A program made the translations under genes and the position numbers. This document shows, piece after piece, positions 16,395-20,154 of a stretch of 20,154 bases of DNA. Source of the DNA: Candidatus Thorarchaeota archaeon (GTDB lineage Archaea; Asgardarchaeota; Thorarchaeia; Thorarchaeales; Thorarchaeaceae); assembly GCA_038893995.1 (NCBI GenBank), contig JAWAQK010000046.1, forward strand, positions 1 to 20,154. The letters are read 5' to 3'. Under the pieces are notes generated by a model. That model worked only from the letters and a program-made list of their open reading frames with translations, had not been told where the DNA came from and searched no databases. Position 1 is the first letter of the stretch; every line of letters starts with the position of its first letter.

Positions 16395-17411
16395 ATGACG
16401 CGAGCGGAGCTCGTGGGACTCGTCACCAATATCCAGCGATTCTCGGTTGAAGATGGACCCGGAATCAGGACGACAGTATTCCTCAAGGGTTGCCCCATGA
16501 GCTGCACCTGGTGTCACAATATCGAGGCTGTAGACCCCCACCGTCGCCTCGTGTGGCACTCGAAGAGGTGCATCGGTGACGGAGCGTGTGTGACGGTCTG
16601 TCCGAACGGAGCGTTGAGCCTGAGACCCACCGGAATGCTCATTCGTCGTGACGTCTGTCAGACCTGTGGCACTTGCCTGGGTGTATGCGTGACGAGCGCA
16701 CTAGAGATCATTGGCAAGACATGGACGCCGAGCGCACTCGTCGAAGAGGTGCTGAGAGACCGTGTCTTCTTCGAGACCTCCAACGGGGGTATCACATTCT
16801 CGGGTGGAGAGCCCACATATCAGCCTGACTTCCTGATTGATTCCGCTCGCCTTGCACGAGACAACGGTCTGCATGTGGCAGTCGAGACCTCTGGATACTG
16901 CAGTGCAGAAGTGTTCGAGAGACTCCTCGGCGTGGTCGATCTCGTACTCTACGACCTGAAACAGATCGATCCGTCACTTCATCTGAGATTCACTGGTGTG
17001 AGTCTGGACAGGATCCTGAGCAACGCCCGACTACTGGGGAAGTCCTCGGTCCCTGTGTGGGTCCGCACTCCTGTCATTCCCGGTCACACAGACTCCCCAG
17101 ACAACATCCGAGGTATCGCAAGTTTCGTGGCAGAGTCGTTGCCTAGCGCTGAGCGCTGGGAACTTCTCGCATTCAATAACATGTGCATCGACAAGTACCG
17201 CCTGTTGGACATTCCCTTCGCCCTGGAGCACACTCCTCAGATGACGGCTGATGACATGCAGAGACTCGTCGCCCTGGCAAGAGAGTCTGTGCACATGCCT
17301 GTGCGTTGGAGTGGTCCAGTCCGCGTGCACCGGGCTGACAATCATGCTGGAACTGCGATAGGGTCCACCTGCGGATCCGTCAGAACAGGTGCTTGCATTC
17401 CTCCTCCCTGA
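16395..17411 (+). CDS. Glycyl-radical enzyme activating protein (radical SAM with ferredoxin-like insertion)
   Basis: IQRFSVEDGPGIRTTVFLKGCPMSCTWCHN (CxxxCxxC), insertion CIGDGACVTVCP / CQTCGTCLGVC, GGITFSGGEP, VETSG, LYDLK and RTPVIPG. Start is ATG 16395 or TTG 16377. Confidence 0.93.
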   Translation: MTRAELVGLVTNIQRFSVEDGPGIRTTVFLKGCPMSCTWCHNIEAVDPHRRLVWHSKRCIGDGACVTVCPNGALSLRPTGMLIRRDVCQTCGTCLGVCVTSALEIIGKTWTPSALVEEVLRDRVFFETSNGGITFSGGEPTYQPDFLIDSARLARDNGLHVAVETSGYCSAEVFERLLGVVDLVLYDLKQIDPSLHLRFTGVSLDRILSNARLLGKSSVPVWVRTPVIPGHTDSPDNIRGIASFVAESLPSAERWELLAFNNMCIDKYRLLDIPFALEHTPQMTADDMQRLVALARESVHMPVRWSGPVRVHRADNHAGTAIGSTCGSVRTGACIPPP

Positions 17412-17532
17412 GTCCTGAACGGCACAGTGGTCCATGACTCAGGCCAGACATGGACTGACTCCTGCTACGAAATCTCATCGAACGTGGGCCTGCGCATCAG
17501 ACGGAGAACCGACACTCGGCGTGCGCAACGAG

Positions 17533-17658
17533 TCAGACGATCAACCCGAGGAGCCTGAGGAGTTCAAACCTGACTGTCTTCCACTCTTCTTCTTCTCTCT
17601 CCTCGTCTACAGTGTCTCCTATCTCGACAACCTCATTTGTTTCTGTTTCGCAGCTCAT
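17533..17658 (-). CDS. Small acidic protein, 41 aa (below the ORF-track cutoff)
   Basis: MSCETETNEVVEIGDTVDEEREEEEWKTVRFELLRLLGLIV*. Perfect GAGGTGA RBS at 17671-17665, 6 nt before the ATG. Purine-rich sense strand; TATA-like TAATATTTAT upstream near 17794-17785. Confidence 0.65.
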   Translation of the reverse strand: MSCETETNEVVEIGDTVDEEREEEEWKTVRFELLRLLGLIV

Positions 17659-17742
17659 TCGCTGTCACCTCGGACGAGCAGTATCTTCTGAGTAGACCAT
17701 CGGTCGTTCGCGAAAGGTGCTATTGTCACAGAGACATAGATT

Positions 17743-17806
17743 CCCATAATACGTCTCAGTCAATTCTGGAGCCCCATAATGCCCATAAATATTAGATACA
17801 CCCATA
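17743..17806. repeat. Four copies of CCCATA around a TATA-like element
   Basis: CCCATA at 17743, 17773, 17782 and 17801. The third copy runs into ATAAATATTA. Confidence 0.5.
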
Positions 17807-18158
17807 GACTACTCACGTCGCGCATCGGGAACATAGGGCGCGCTCTCGGGGTTGGTGTTTGCCACAGGTATCCGGACCAAGGTGGGACCCCGAAGCTGGC
17901 TGGGCCTGAACAGTATCATGCGGGAACGGTCTCAGATACGGCCGATACCAGTAGTCCCTCGTACCTGGGAGTCCCTTGGAAACGTGCCGCCCCCTGTCGT
18001 ATCCACCACGGAACTGGCATGCTGGCTGGTGACACCCTGGACCAGGGTTGGTCTGCGCACGGAGGACGCCGACCGTGCATCGTGGCGAGCACCTTATGTG
18101 CACAAGCTCGGTCGTTGGCCTGCCACGTAGTTGACATTCCATTGTGCGGTGCGAAAGG

Positions 18159-19388
18159 ATGAGTGAGTCCGAACCAGGATTGGCGACTGAGAGAGCGGTC
18201 GTGTTCCGTGACTTGACAGAGATCGACCCTGCTCTGCACGCAGTAACAGGGCTCTACAGGTACCCGGCAAGGTTCATCCCACACGTGGTACTCTATGTGT
18301 TGAAAAACTACGCTCGGCCGTCGGACAGGGTCTTTGATCCCTTCGCTGGTACTGGCACAGTCGGGTTCGTCTCAAGGGTTCAGGGGCACGACTACGAGCT
18401 ATGGGACCTCAACCCAATGGTCGATGTCATCCATAGAGTAGTCCTTGAGAGCGACACTGAACTGGATGTGGAGGCAGTCATCCGGACACTGAGATCTCAC
18501 GAGGATGAGTTCACACCTGCCTGGTCTGGGCACACGTACTGGTTCGATGAGAGGATCCTCCCTGTCCTGTATCGTGCATGGGGCTTCTACCACTCCATCG
18601 AGAGTCCGTCAGTGCAGCTTGCTCTGACCTTGCCGCTGCTCAGAGTGAGTCGACTGTATTCCTACGACGACAGGGCAAGGATGAAGCTGTCGAGTTCAAG
18701 GAGATCTCGGGAGAGAGTGGGCAGACTCCTCCTGGGTGACTGGATGAAGGACTTCTACTCGACGTTGAGTCGTACTGTGAAGGACCAGTGTCGAAAGATA
18801 CGGCTCTACCGCGCGTTGTGCGGGCATGATGTGGACTCATCAGTCATGGGTGGGGTTGACACGCTCTCTACAGATCTCAGGACCGAGGCGGACATCCTCA
18901 TCACATCTCCCCCCTACCTTCAGTCACAGGAATACATGAGATACTCCAAGCTTGATCTGGCTTGGCTTGGTCACGACGAGTCTGACATGGCCCGACTGAG
19001 AGGAATGGAGGTCCCCTACCGTCAAGCGCCTCCCGTACGTATAGGCTCGTCTACCTTCGAACTGTTCCGGGCGATGTTCGAACACGATTCTGTCCTGAAG
19101 ACCTACGATGCATACTTTAACGCAATAGTGGGGTCCCTTGCGAGGCTATCCAAGAGAGTGAGGTCTCGGATGGCCATCTTTGTGGGACGGTCGAGCATGC
19201 GGGGACAGCCCGTGCCTATAGATAGAGTACTGGTCGAGCACTTCTCCTCGATGGGGTGGCGTCATGAGGCCACGCTCGTGGACCGCATCGCTGCACGAAC
19301 TCTGTTTCCCTATGGTCTGAACCCCTCGACCAAGATCCCCGACCAACGTACAACTGCAGAGCGACTGGTCGTGTTGACCAGGGAGTGA
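18159..19388 (+). CDS. Amino-DNA methyltransferase (N4-C/N6-A; motif I before motif IV, alpha-type order; SPPY suggests m4C)
   Basis: HAVTGLYRYPARFIP, VFDPFAGTGT (SAM-binding) and DILITSPPY (catalytic). ATG 18159 follows AAGG. Confidence 0.88.
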   Translation: MSESEPGLATERAVVFRDLTEIDPALHAVTGLYRYPARFIPHVVLYVLKNYARPSDRVFDPFAGTGTVGFVSRVQGHDYELWDLNPMVDVIHRVVLESDTELDVEAVIRTLRSHEDEFTPAWSGHTYWFDERILPVLYRAWGFYHSIESPSVQLALTLPLLRVSRLYSYDDRARMKLSSSRRSRERVGRLLLGDWMKDFYSTLSRTVKDQCRKIRLYRALCGHDVDSSVMGGVDTLSTDLRTEADILITSPPYLQSQEYMRYSKLDLAWLGHDESDMARLRGMEVPYRQAPPVRIGSSTFELFRAMFEHDSVLKTYDAYFNAIVGSLARLSKRVRSRMAIFVGRSSMRGQPVPIDRVLVEHFSSMGWRHEATLVDRIAARTLFPYGLNPSTKIPDQRTTAERLVVLTRE

Positions 19389-19931
19389 CGTCCGGGTGCA
19401 ACATGTTCGGATCCAGTCCGGAATGTATATCTTTAATTACAGATTGTAACTTAGTCGTGCGTAGTATGGCTGGTGATGACTTCTCAGTCTGTTGTCACTT
19501 GAGATCCGCGGCACAGAGGTGATGTTGACGCATTCTACGTGTACCCAGCATGGAGTCAGACGAGCTGAGCCAGGAAACTCGTCCCGACGCGTCGCACAGG
19601 CCGTGGGATGCTCGTTCTTCTGCTCGTCCGAAATCTCACCCAATATGACGGATGCATCATCATCGCTCTCAAGCGACATCGTGATATCTGTCGGGGACAG
19701 CCCGTATGTGGGCTTGCCAGTACAGTCACCCTCTGTCTATGTGACATCGATGAACATATTAAGGCCGTGTCCTGCCTCAGGCCACTGTGAGACACAGTCC
19801 CATGTGTGGTTCCAGCAGTACTGTAATTCCGGACGGTCTGCCGGTTCTGCACAGGCGCATGGTCCATGTGATCGAGAGTACAAAGACTGGTATCTTACAA
19901 CGTTGACAGGTCTGTTTGCAGGTGATCCTCG

Positions 19932-20154
19932 GTGACCACAGACGTAGCTGGCGTGACAGACTCACAGCGGGAATGGGAGCCGCGCATAGTCGCCTTCTGT
20001 TGCAACTGGTGCTCGTACGCTGGTGCGGACCTTGCTGGCACGAGCCGGATACAGTATCCTCCAAATGCACGGATCATCCGTGTCAACTGCACTGGGAGGA
20101 TAAGTCCGGACTTCATACTGGCACCACTGGAGATGGGCGCAGACGGTGTGCTGG
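19932..20154 (+). CDS. mvhD: Methyl-viologen-reducing hydrogenase delta subunit / hydrogenase iron-sulfur subunit, N-terminal part (runs off the window edge)
   Basis: Not in the ORF track. GTG at 19932 follows AGGTGA (19920-19925): [74 protein letters not shown], the canonical MvhD/FlpD signature. Confidence 0.95.
   Translation, partial: MTTDVAGVTDSQREWEPRIVAFCCNWCSYAGADLAGTSRIQYPPNARIIRVNCTGRISPDFILAPLEMGADGVL

Noticed and set aside
17497-17535. Selenocysteine read-through of the microprotein TGA
   Set aside because: Read-through adds only 11 unremarkable residues before another TGA, and no SECIS was recognised.
17434-17691. 85-aa plus-strand ORF
   Set aside because: Antisense shadow of the 41-aa minus-strand ORF, which has a perfect RBS and coding-like composition.
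17779-18284. Several overlapping 92-127 aa ORFs on both strands
   Set aside because: Mutually overlapping, low-information translations typical of GC-rich non-coding DNA.
19437-19935. ORFs 19492-19935 (+), 19437-19679 (-) and 19556-19867 (-)
   Set aside because: No motifs, Ser/Cys/Arg-rich composition and no clear RBS. Treated as probably non-coding upstream region of mvhD.

Overview
Chromosomal segment from an archaeon, most likely Asgard (Thorarchaeia-like). This is inferred from multiple roadblock genes, a small GTPase, a gelsolin-like protein, GAGGTGA ribosome-binding sites, TATA-like promoters and archaeal marker enzymes (IPK, NurA, MvhD). Left part: truncated probable HerA ATPase, large NurA-type nuclease, MFS transporter, thymidylate kinase, GH133-type amylo-alpha-1,6-glucosidase homologue with degenerate catalytic motifs, MBL-fold hydrolase, degenerate histidine phosphatase, C4HC3 (PHD/RINGv-like) zinc-finger protein, single-domain gelsolin-like protein and an AOR-family aldehyde:ferredoxin oxidoreductase. 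Centre: a compact six-gene operon divergent from the AOR gene, encoding a stand-alone XylR_N/V4R sensor, four roadblock/LC7 proteins and an MglA/CvnD-like small GTPase. This is the best candidate for an undescribed signalling system. Right part: structured leader region, isopentenyl phosphate kinase, orphan glycyl-radical activating enzyme, a 41-aa acidic small protein absent from the ORF track, an orphan N4/N6 DNA methyltransferase and a truncated mvhD. No rRNA, tRNA, CRISPR array or transposase was recognised. All family assignments come from motif reading, not database searches.
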